Of a stretch of DNA of 64,000 nucleotides, positions 35,510 to 47,487 are shown piece by piece. The stretch is from Utricularia gibba (Eukaryota > Plantae > Magnoliophyta): the NCBI GenBank assembly GCA_002189035.1, contig NEEC01000031.1:124001-188000 (forward strand), in the 5' to 3' direction. Numbering within the stretch: position 1 is the stretch's first letter; every line of letters begins with the position of its first letter. The notes under the pieces are model-generated. The model was given only the letters and a program-made list of their open reading frames with translations, had not been told where the DNA came from and did not search any database. Made by a program: the position numbers and the translations under genes.

Positions 35510-38363
35510 CTAACTGATGTTCAGGGATGCCTTGATCTGGTTCACCGTGCTGCTTATCAGACTGTTCACTGTGGCTACCGACTCGTGGTTCATTCTTGCT
35601 GATGGAAGGTTGCTTACCAGGATTTGGAACAAGATGGTGATCAGGGAGCCCGCAGGGAAAGCTTCGGGACCGCTGTTCGGTTTGCTCTCCGGCCGGCCGT
35701 CTGAGGAAATTGTGAAACCGTAGGGGAGTAAGGGAATGTAAGAAGGGTCCTCGCCGCTCATGGCGATGTTGATCGCCGGCAGGTCGACAGGACAGTAGAC
35801 CACCAGCGAACCGGATGCGTCGATGCAGCTCTCTTGGAGGATCAGCATGTTGTTTTGGCTCGTGTTGTAGGCCTGTGATGCAGGACATCATGCTTCTATC
35901 TAGCAGTGACAGTGCCAAAGAGAAAGTATGGAGCTTACCCTCAGGACTGAAATGCAGTTTCCAGGGTGAGAGCCATTGGCAATGTGAGCAACTTCCTCCA
36001 CAGGGTTCTGGTTGAGGACATCCCACTGCAGAAGGTAATGGCTAATGTTATCAGAAGAAGCTGATTTTTCCAGCCAATGACACGAATACTACTTGGCTGT
36101 CCAGTTACCTGAGGACGGCAACGCTCATCGCGCAAGAAGTTGAAGACGTTTAGTGGAGAAACGGGGAGCCATATCGTTGCTGAGGCACTGATGACGAGTC
36201 CATTGGGCTGGCCAGGGTCGCTGCTCCGACGAACTGTGGTTCGGACTTCAAAATCGTGGGTTGCTGAGAGTGTGTTCCACTGCTCACCATTGGAAGGGTT
36301 GATGCTTGAGCAAAAGTAGCTCACCATTCTCTGTGCAAGCTTCATCATGCTTCTTTTACCTTCCGGTGATGGAATCACTGTGAAAAAAACAGAAACAGCG
36401 CTTTTGAATTCACAATCGGAAGATACATCACAGACAAGCAGCAGTTCGAGTTTTCAGCTCTGGTTTTACCTCCTCCAAGATCCTGTGTAGAAGTTGCACC
36501 AACCATTGAACAAGCAATTCTTTCACACATTCTCTGCAGCGATGAGAGCCATCTTTCTGCACCATACGCGAATCCGCTACAAATAAGGTCTCGATAAAGC
36601 TGATGGATGGGTGTTTTATCCTCGACTTCCCAATGTTCTACCCAGGTAACCTGGAAAACGCAAAACACAATAAAACAACAAAGAAGAAGAGACAAAAGGC
36701 ACATAAAATATAAAACTAGTGCTCAATTCTGAAACCTTTGAGTAGCCATCGGGCATGTCTTGGATCAGGCAACCAGAAGGAAGCCTGAGAGCTTTGCAAG
36801 GAGAAGAAAAGTAGCCTTCTTGGTGAGCCATATCATAGGAGACATCAACAATTGCCCATGATCCCGATTCGACTTGCTGACAGAAACGGAGAAAGTAGAG
36901 CTGTCTGATGGGAACTACGGATGAGAGCACCTGAAGTTCTCCACACATCTGCAACAAATTTAAGAATCACGCCATGAAATCTTCATTTGTCAGAACAAAA
37001 AAAAAAGTACCGCAATGACGTTCTGTATATTACCAGCAACAATGTTCCACTCTGTCCAGAGGATATCACTTCAACAATTCGTGCCTTCGCCACGATTGTT
37101 GGAAAAAGTTCAATCCATTTGTTCTACAAATACGAAATTCTTTCATTGAGTTGAGTAAAAAGTCAAAACAAAACAAGGTATGCCAACTTACTGCATCCAT
37201 GAACATATCAACAAGCGCCAAACTGTTCATTATAACCACACTCGCATCCCTGGATGCTTCAATTCGAGCATTTGGATTCTTGGGCCTCGGAAACATACTA
37301 TCATAGGCTTCAAGGTTAAGCATTTCACTACCCTCCGAAGAGGGTTTCATCCAAAGAGACTCATTGCCCTGCAACAGCCTAATCAGCTCATTCAAAGCAC
37401 CACCGGCGCAATCAGCCATGACGGATTTGTCCACATCGGAAAGGCTCAACGGAGCAAAGGGTATATCGGTAACTACGCTAGACGATGTTCCTGGAAGAAG
37501 ATCAAGGTCAAGAGAAGGACCAGGGATGCCATGGCTACCGAAGTTGGACATGGATAAATCCAATGAAGAAGCGTGCATAGGCTGCATTGGAGGAAGCTGT
37601 GCAAGTGGCCTTCCCATGTATTTGGCGGCTATGCTTGAAACTCTGTCCAGCTGCAAAAACGATCGAAGCAAGTGAATATCAAATCAAAGTGGATGGAAAC
37701 CAGAACTTCTTTTCATAAAGTCATTACCTCTTGTTTTAACTGAGCATTTTCAATACGAAGTTTTTGCTCGTTGAAGAAGGGATCCTCGTTGACTGGAGGC
37801 CCTCCACAAGTTGGGCAAATCACGTTCTTGAGAGCTTCACGAATCGCTATGTTTTCACATCTGATTTTGTCATTCTCGACTCTAAGAGCACAGTTATCTG
37901 CTCTTTCGTGTTGCGCCTGAAAGAATAAAAAAATGATTTCTTTTTTTCTTTTTATAATCTGAAACAAGACAAAAACTGAGGGTTTAAAAAAGAAAGAAAA
38001 GAAGAAACCTTCATCTGGGTTCTTCTGTTCTGAAACCAGAATTTGATTTGCCGGGGATGCAGATTAAGCTCTCTACTCAATAAGTTTCTTGTTTTTTCAT
38101 CCGGGTGTGGGCAATCTCTAAACATTCTGAACAAAAAGCCCCAAAATTGACGCCATTTGCACCCCCCACAAAACCAGCAAAGAAAAGTAACAGAAAAATT
38201 TGTTCTTTGTGCATGGAGTGCAAAAAGGTTAATAAAAATTGACCAACCGTTCAAGCCTCTGAATCTGCTCAGGGGTGTGACGATGGTACCGCTTCTTTCT
38301 CCGGCGAGAATCAGCACCATCGTGGAGGTCTCCCCCTCCACCGCCACCGCTGCTGAACTCCAT
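35510..38363 (-). CDS. HDG11: HD-ZIP class IV transcription factor (HDG11/HDG12-like), 10 exons
   Basis: [48 protein letters not shown]...[14 protein letters not shown]|AQHERADN (homeodomain); CPTCGGP zipper loop; START domain ([30 protein letters not shown]|VTWVEH); SAD domain ending QIKASLNIS. All introns GT-AG. Confidence 0.94.
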
Positions 38364-40457
38364 AACCACAGCACGACGACGTTTCACACGCTGAACATAC
38401 AACTAATCAAGGCCGATTCAAAAGAGCTCCACCAGATTACAAGCTCTTCCCATAATACAGTTGGCGCAAGGCACTCCCCCGCGTTACGACACAGCTCAGA
38501 AATGCCAAAATATGGTAATAACGAAGTAAAAACCGTAGACCAGAAGAAGAATATCTGGGATTCGAGAGCAGATTTCAAGGCATAAGCCAAGTTTTCATTT
38601 TTGGAAGTTGGGCAAGTGAAACGCTCGGTATATATACAGACGCACAGAAGTTACAAAAAAAAAAGAAAAAAAAAAGAAACTTTATTATTTAATGGGAGAG
38701 AATCAAGGAAAAGGAAATGGAGGAAGGGAAGAAAGAAGAAGAAGAAAGAGTGTAGTAAAATTGTGGGTGTGTGCTATAAATAAAAGCCCTATGTTTTTCC
38801 GATCTCTACATTCAACGCGGTGGCGAGATCGTCACCGTCGGAGTTAATGGCGGTCTGATCACACGGCGAGAGACCAACGCCTTGCAATTAAGAAGACAAC
38901 CCAACAATCAAAAAGTCCTCCATATGTCCATGTGCGACTTCCTATATCTAGTTATCGAGTAGTTGCACACGAAGCATTGAGCCACACTGCCTGCAGAACC
39001 CCAAAGAAACTCTTGAATGCATGCCAAACCCAAAGCCTTATGGATGAATGATGGACTCCATCTTCAGACTCCATGGATGGAGTGTACCAGGCAGCAGCGC
39101 ATGGCATGGTGTACGGCGAGTGCGAGCGGGAGGATGGTTGACGACGGGTCCATCATTCATTGACTCCTTTTTTTCAAATTTGTTTAAAAAAAGACAGAAT
39201 TGTTTATTATTTGGGAAATAATAGTAATAAATAATAAAGGTGGGGAGAAAAAGGACAGGCAGAATTAGTTATGGGGGTGGATACAAAAATGAAAACATAC
39301 ATGCCGACGCCGTAACGTGATAGGCGGGTACGCTTCCCGCTTTTATTCCTTCCCACCAAAACAGTCGCAGTAGTTAATGCTGGTGGCTGCCACCGCCGCC
39401 GTCGCAGCAAGCAACGGGGGGGAGAGAGAAAGAGAGAGGATTGATTCCGGCGGCGAAGGCGATACCCCCCTCCCTGCTTACCCCAGCCCTAAGTCCATCT
39501 ATTTAATTAATGTGGGGCGCCTTCTTTCAAATCCCTCCCTCCCTCAAGGTCAAAAGTAGTGTATTTCTGCCCCAGATTGGGGGTTACTTTTAATTTTTTC
39601 TTTTTTTTTTACTGCGGTACGTACAACATATTTAGTTGCGACTGGGGCAGTAGTACTCGTTGTTGTGAAAGCAGGAGCAGATTTGCATCCATCCATCATC
39701 GATGCTTGCTGCTTGCTGCTGCTGTGTGTACTCTCCGATTGCGGCGAGGGGTGATGTGGATGCGGGGAGCGGAGCCTGCTGCTCCCGCTGGTGATGAATA
39801 ATAATAATTCCTTAACAAGTTGTCAAAACGACAGACGCCCGTCTAATGTAATCCTCCCACATGCACATGCTGCTGCTGCTGTTGCTGCTGTTGCTGCTGC
39901 TTTAATCTCGAGTTATTACAAGTGGAATAAAGGAGGCAGCATGTCATTAATGTTCTCGGCTGCAGGAACCAGCCCGCCCCAGCCAAGCCAAGCCCAGCAG
40001 CAGCAGCAGTAACGAGCGCCTCCTCCGTTCCATCATCCATGGGCTGGACGCACTACTGGTGCCAGGGTCGCAAGTGCAAATCCATTCTTCTCTATAAGAA
40101 GACGGGACGGGATGCCGAGCGACGGTGACGCTGACCCTGCCCTCCTCCATAATTACTACTAGTATATTATTTATGGGTGATTCGCGTGGGTAGATTTAGA
40201 TTTAGATTTAGATTTTGCCTATGCCTTTGACTTGGAAATTTATTGCGAGGCCGACTCCTCCTCTGGTTATTCCCACTCCCGCTGTTCTGTTATTATTGTT
40301 ATTGCAATTCCGAGTCCAGGCACCTGCCCCGGGCCGTTTGTCTTCCACGCCGTGGCATGTTGCGCCTTGTTCTGTTTTATAACCCAAATTATTCCAGTCA
40401 TCGGCGGAGGGGGAGTACAATTAATAATTAATGCCTGCCTGGCTAATGGCTATTCAT

Positions 40458-43400
40458 TCATTTTCCAGTGGCAGTGGCAGGTGATGGACGCTGGCCGCGA
40501 CTCATGCGCTTCTTGCGATACCTCCACGCCACTTGGATCTTCCTGGTGGCCAGTTCTCTCCAGTAGGGCGAGTCGTACCTGCATCATGGATGGATATGGA
40601 TACATACTCATGAGCTGACAGCGCATCCCAGAGTCAGGGAGGGAGGGAGGCAGGGAGAGCAGCGCACCTGATGGCGCACTGGACTTGCCGGGTCTTCAGG
40701 AATCTGTGGAATACGCTGGTGATCTCCTCCAGATCAGCGGCTCGGAGCACGAAAGCTTCCACGTTTGTGAGGCATCTCACCAGCCTGTTGCTCAGGCAAC
40801 CGTGCCCCGGAATGCGGATTCTCTTGTCCCCTGGAACAAACGCCGCATTCGAATCATTCGGAAGGCTCTACAAAGCGAGCGAAGCTGGAGTGGAGTAGAT
40901 GGATTTCGCACCTTTCCTGGCACTCGTTTGATCCAGGTACCACGTGAGGAGTTCTTCCCCACAAACATTACCTTCGGATAACAGAACCGCGTTCCGGTCA
41001 TACCCGACGCTCTCTATTTCTCCACGGATTATGAACACCATTTTGTTGATGAGGCCTCCCGGGAAGAAGATCTTTCCACCTTCGATGAAGGTCGTCGTTC
41101 TCAGGCGTTCGCAGATGACGTCTAGAACGGAATCATCCAGTAGCTTGAAAATCTGGACCTGCCAGACACTCCACTCCATTCACTTCATGGGGACTGCTAC
41201 GCAATGGGGTGAGGAGGATGACGTCAAGGACTTACTCGCTTCACGAATTTGAAGAGATGCCGCCGCACGTCCCTCTGGAGGTCCTCCGGAAGGTTTTCCA
41301 TCAGCTTCTCTTCGTTCACTCCCTGTGATGCAGCCCAGTGGAAACGTTCAGCTTCTCGAACTTGGCTGCAAGGCTCAAATCATGTTGGAGCATATTAACA
41401 AGGAATACCACGAGGTTGATGTAAGTGAGAAAGACAACCTCCGGAGGTGAGCTGGCAGTCGGCGGTGATGCATCCATCGCTCAACATCTCGATGCCGTAG
41501 CGTCATTTCTAGTCTCCTGTGAAGCAGCAGCAAGAAAGCAGTTAGCATTGTGGGTACTGATAGAGAAGACACCGGTGCACTGCTCAGAGTTCTCACACCT
41601 CCGCCCAAGAGACTGTAGAAAGTTCTGCATGTTTCCGATGAGCAAAGCAAAGAGTATCAGCCCAATTCCGATGATCGTCATGATAAAAAGAACTTCCCCC
41701 TCATAGTAACTGGGCTGTTGATTACCGGCGAGGGTACTAATTTGCTAACAGATGGACACGGACGTCAGATCACACGGATGAGGAAGCTTACTCACATTCC
41801 ATGAAGACTGAAGATTACCTGGAAACCCCAGAACAACGAGTACACATATCTTGTGACAAGACTTCGTTTTGTTGTAAGATTGACTCCAGATCTGTAGATT
41901 CCATACGGGAAGCTGCCCTCTTGTTTGAAACAATCGATCGCGTTAGTATTGTTTCTCCACTCATTCCACAGTGACTCGTTCGCGAAATCATAAACTTGAC
42001 CATGCCCACAGTCAAGGAAGTCCTCAAATTTTGAAATGTTACTGTGTCGGCAGGCATCTCTAAGGCATTCGTTCACTCTCTACAGACATACAAACAGAGA
42101 GGAAGATGGTTAAAGTCTTGTCATGTATTCAAGCAAAATCACGAAATCCAACATCCACAGACGAAGAAAGCTCATGAATCCTAGACCCCTGATTTCACAA
42201 AAATTATAACCAAATCTACGAAACTCTCCTTGTGTTTCTTCTGCTATTTTAAAACTATGAAACTGAGGAAAAGGTATGAATCCGAGAAGCAAACCTGCAG
42301 GGCCAAGAGATACCAGCAAGAGCCTACAGCATGGCCAGCCAAAACGAACATGAGAAGATTTATGATAAAATTTGACCATGCGGACTCAAATATGAACCCT
42401 GTTGGAGATTGACCAGCCAACAGAGGAAAGGATCTGCACAGCCTGGGGACATACTGCAAAATGATGCATATAACCAGAAGGTTTTTTGCCAAATTTGCAA
42501 TTTTTTCAGCATTGGAATGAGGCACAACCAGTACGATAATCTGCACATTTGAGTTGGGAGAATCAGTGATCCGACAAAAACGATAGGAGAGAAACATGTG
42601 GAAACTTTTTCATATATCGACAAGTACCTGAGGAAGAGGTAGAACCACAATGAAATCGATGATAAAACATCCAGTCATGTACCTATGAGCAATTTTTCGG
42701 GGATCGTCCACCATTGTTCCAGCTCCCACAACTTTAGAATCTGGAGCAATATACGCCATCCTAAACTGAAAATCAAGAACATTCAGTGCTTCATTTTTTT
42801 TCAGATTTTCTGAACAAAAGAACCAACCGTACATGTTCTATGGGAGAAGAAATGCTAATGATTTAATAAACATATGATTCCTCAGAGGTAATGATGTGAA
42901 AGAGTTACCTGAAGCAGTATATGGAGGAAATAAATAAAGTCACTCAAGCTTCGTAACACCACGAGTGCCTTTGTCATGGGCCAGTTTAGGACTATGCACT
43001 TGTAATCCTTCATGGAAGAATGAATTAAGGAAGCATTACTAAAAGCAGTCATCAGAAATCAGAAATCATCTTCCCATGTAGCTAGGAAGATTATTTAACT
43101 GAATGCACCCAAACAAACACAGAAGGGAAACTTGTCTGGAAAAACAGATAGAAAATGAAATGAATTGCACAAATTTAAATGTGAAAGCTGAACTAAATGG
43201 CGTACCTCCCGTGTTACCAGAAGAAAAAAGAATAGCGGATCAATGAATATAGCGAAGAGGCAGGACAATACTAAGAGCTTGTTCCACCGTTGTGTAAATT
43301 TTGAATGAGGATTGACGATGACAGGGATACAACGTTGCATAAAAGAGCTGATTCTCTCTGTAAAACCCGTTGAACCTCCATAGAGTAGATCATAGATCTG

Positions 43401-43967
43401 CAGGCAAGGTGTAGACATAAGAGAAAAATGTAAAAATTGCTGGTAATGGATCCAATATTCAAGAATTTATCACAAAACAAGCTGAGTACCTTTGCATCCA
43501 GATTTTCTGCTGTTCTTGAACGCTTATCAGGGTAAATTTTTGGACACAACGTGCAATACGGATCATTGCACGCTCCTAGTTGCCCAGATTTCATAAGATG
43601 CTCATTTTTCACCTCATTCCTGTCCGGTGGCCAGACACTGTTATGTATTCCTGTTTCGTTTTGGCGTCTGCGCATCTTCATCTAATGGCATCTGGGGAGG
43701 CTCAAAGATGAAATCACTATCACGAGTATAAAAAATAGGATTATTCATCTGCTCTGAGGAAGTTTGTCCTTGACCATAACGCCTCAGGGTCAAAGGACCA
43801 GTAAAACCTTCTCTGTAGTTTCGCTCCATTTCATCATGAGTGCTTGAATGATTAGACATTGATGCACTTCTCCCTCTTGAAAGCTTCATCCTTGGTGAGT
43901 TCTCAACGTTCAATGAATGCATGGTTTTTGCCAGTAAAACTGTTTTCTCGCCCTCTGTGGGTTGCAT
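40458..43967 (-). CDS. CNGC20: Cyclic nucleotide-gated channel, group IV-A (CNGC19/20-like), about 11 coding exons; one frameshift near the N-terminus as assembled
   Basis: HLMKSGQLGACNDPYCTLCP, FAIFIDPLFFF, GFIFESAWSNFIINL, pore QISTLAGNQ, CNBD (KMVFIIRGEIES, EGNVCGEELLTWYL), VRCLTNVEAF and the IQ motif YWRELATRKIQVAWRYRKKR; stop at 40458-40460. Confidence 0.92.
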
Positions 43968-45109
43968 TTACAGGCCTATGAATCAAAAAGATGGACAATC
44001 CAAATGAGAACAATGCCTTAACCAGTCCAAAAAATCCGATTATCGACCAGGAGTAAGTAACACAGAGTTGAGGATTTTACTGCCAGAATCTACCCTTTGT
44101 ATTAGTCTTTGATTCAATTCTACCTCAAGGAATTTATTCAAACACCCGCAACTCAATACTGGACATTCCTAAAGTCGAGCAATCCCAAGAAATCATACTG
44201 GTTTTCAACATCATGCAATCAAGATACAGAATATCCAAGAAAGAAACAAAGAAACAAAAGAAGACCTCACCTGAAGGGGGAAGAATAAAAAAAAAAAGAA
44301 AAAGAAAAAGAAAACGCGAAACTATCTCATTCCGTAAAACCAAGAAACCAGAAAGCAGCAAACTAAAACTAAACCTCAAATACTTAGCTAGCTAGGAATC
44401 AAATTTCCTGAAATGAGTTAAAAGCGCTCACCCACAACACAGATTGAGACTAGATGATCAGAGAACTTCAGGTTCACAGGCCAAGGACTTTTAAAGGAAA
44501 ATACAAAGACTCAGTAGTCAGTCAGCACCAACAAGAGGAGACTGCGTGTTTTTTTTCTCACGACTGTTGGATGATGACTAAATTGCAGACTTCCTTGACT
44601 TGCATTCAAACTTCACTTCGTATCATTTACATCACACATTCATCCGACTCCGTAGAATGTTAGATTAAAGTAGAGAATTGATGTCAATCAAAAGGAAACT
44701 TCCAATTTTGTCACGTGGGTGCTGGAATGAAATTATGATCGCGTTTCCTTATCACCTTTGTCTTGTACTACTACTTTCGCTTCCAATCCAAATTCCATGG
44801 GTAACTCTTTCACAATTCAACTGTAAACTAAAAAGACAAACTTGCCTACTGGAATTACTGCATTACAATTCAATTTTTTTTCCCTACACTAGAACCGGAA
44901 TACTGATGAATGTTGCATGGAAAAGCATCCAAAGGTGAAAAATATGTTACGGAGCCTCGGAGGTGAGGCAAGGCAATTGCTTCATAAATAATTCAATTTA
45001 AAAAAGCAGTCTTGATTACTGCAGTATTCGTCCACCCTGAAGCTGCTCAGTGCTCACTCGCATCGCCATCATCAGGGGAGGAGTAATCGAGGGAATTTTA
45101 GTATACCCA

Positions 45110-47071
45110 ATGGATTCTGCGCTCAAGATCCAGGACACAAATTTCGGTTTCATCACCAAGAAGCCTTACGTGGCCCCTTCCTGGGCTGTTAATCTTAATC
45201 CTCTGCCTCGTCACGTGATTTCTCTGGGCAATGTAAGTATTTATCAGAATAGGGTTTCGCCTTGTTTTAGGTGATTGAGTTAATGAGTGAACTGGGTTGT
45301 AGCTCCCTACCCCGATTCACAAGTGGGATCTCCCGAATTTGCCTAAGAATACCGAGGTTTATATCAAGGTAAATATTTGTGTTCTGGCATCCTGGTTTTT
45401 GTGATGTTCCTTCTTCGAACGTTTTATTCTAAGATAGATTGATTTTTTTTTTTATAAAAAATCTTGGTAGCGTGATGATCTCTCGGGGATGCAACTTAGT
45501 GGTAACAAGGTGAGGAAACTTGAGTTCTTGTTGGCAGAAGCATTGGAACAAGGAGCTGATTGTGTTATAACCATCGGTGGAATACAAAGTAACCATTGCC
45601 GTGCTACTGCTGTAGCTGCTAAATACTTGAATCTCGATTGCTATCTTATATTACGCACTTCAAAGGTACATTTTTTATTTTCGTCCTTACGCACCTAAAA
45701 TCTTTTAGACTGGTAACCACCATTTATATTAGTGTTTTCAAGTAAGGTGGTTTACTTTTGTAACGAAAACACACTGCACAATGCACAGGCTTTAGTTGAT
45801 CAGGATCCTGGATTGACTGGGAATCTGTTAGTGGAACGCCTAGTTGGAGCGAATGTTAACCTTGTTTCCAAGGAAGAGTATGCGAGTGTTGGAAGTGTGG
45901 TATGCTGAATGAACCTACATTAGTTAGTCTAGTTTGATTCGATGATGAAGTTGACTACACATCCTTTTTCTTATCCCGGTCTCAGGCACTCACAAACATA
46001 CTGAAGGAAAAATTGTTGAGCGAAGGGAGAAGACCCTATGTGATTCCAGTTGGTGGATCCAACGCATTAGGAACATGGCATGAAACTTGGATTGATTTGG
46101 TCTATTTCAGAAACCCCTCGCAATTTTTTTGTAGGATTGATGGGGCAAATTTTGTTTACATGCCTTAGGGGATATATCGAAGCAACAAGGGAGATCAATG
46201 AACAAGTGCAGAAAAATGGCGGTAGAATATTTGATGATATTGTTGTAGCTTGCGGAAGGTTATCTTTATTGTAGTTATATGCTAACATCCCAAACTCCAT
46301 CCATGTATCTATACATCATGCTTGAAATTTATTTCAGTGGTGGCACAGTTGCTGGTCTGTCTCTAGGATCTTGGCTAAGTGATTCTGGAGCTAAAGTAGA
46401 CACTTTTCTGCCCTTGTTTGATGAACACACCTGCAAAGAATATATGCAACCTTATGGTAGCATTTTTCATGGATGTAGGTGCATGCGTACTGTGTATGTG
46501 ATGATCCTGAATACTTCTACGAGTATGTGCAGCACCTGCTCGATGGACTTCATGCTGGTGTTAGCTCACGGGATATTGTCGACATTCAAAATGTGAGCTT
46601 TCTGCTCATCTCATCAAATACATGACCAGAAAACAAGACCCTGTCAGAAATCAGTTACGTTATCGTCATTTTGGACTCTGAATGCAGGCAAAGGGTCTTG
46701 GATACGCTATTAATACCACTGATGAGCTTAAGTTTGTGAAGGACATTGCTGAAACAACCGGCGTAATTCTGGACCCTGTTTACAGGTAAGGCAACATTCT
46801 ATGCACTTTATATGGGATGTATCGCTTTCTGAACCCTGAGCAGTTTTTCTGGTGGCTGGTTCTCAGTGGGAAGGCAGCACTTACAATGATAAGAGAAATG
46901 GCTGAGAATCCTAAAAAGTGGGAAGGCCGGAAAGTCATCTTCATCCACACCGGCGGCCTACTAGGCCTGTTTGACAAAACAGAACAGATGAACTCATTGG
47001 TCAGAAACTGGTGTCGAATGGATATCCATGAGTCCGTGCCCCGAAAAGAAGGTATAGGTAAAATGTTTTGA
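45110..47071 (+). CDS. DCD1: D-cysteine desulfhydrase (PLP-dependent), 10 exons
   Basis: [28 protein letters not shown] (PLP lysine), [47 protein letters not shown] and HTGG. The Ser/Thr pair in these last motifs fits DCD rather than ACC deaminase (YEGK/HLGG). Ends KEGIGKMF. Confidence 0.94.
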
Positions 47072-47487
47072 TCTCCCTTACTATTGGGACGGTACCAGAG
47101 CTTCTGTATTGCTCAAAGTGGAATGATGGTCTCCCTCTCATTATGCATTACCTATGCATGCTCTTGAACGATTTAGTGTTATTCATCTGAATGTCAATAA
47201 GGGGAATAAATGATTGAGGAGGCAGCTACAAAATGCACTGACTCGAAAAACCTAAGCAATTTTCCACAGAACATGTACATGAGTGTTCTTGACATCACAT
47301 ATGACAACTGAACAGAAATCCTACAAATTCATGATGGTTTACAGAAATACAAATTGGACGTGAGTTGAAAACAGATTCCAGCTTCAGCAATCACAATTCA
47401 CAAGGCGATCAATGATGTTCAACCTGAGGAGAATGGGGCAGCTTTGCACCATTTTCCACCCTGATGTCGGAGAACAACAATGCTTGC

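Noticed and set aside
39539-39549. 11-nt match to miR477 (CTCCCTCAAGG)
   Set aside because: The match does not extend and no star arm is present.
40868-40911. Apparent 44-nt intron in CNGC20
   Set aside because: The downstream acceptor TTCCAG|GG gives an intron of about 80 nt and restores the conserved frame (GDKRIRIPG...VRCLTNVEAF).
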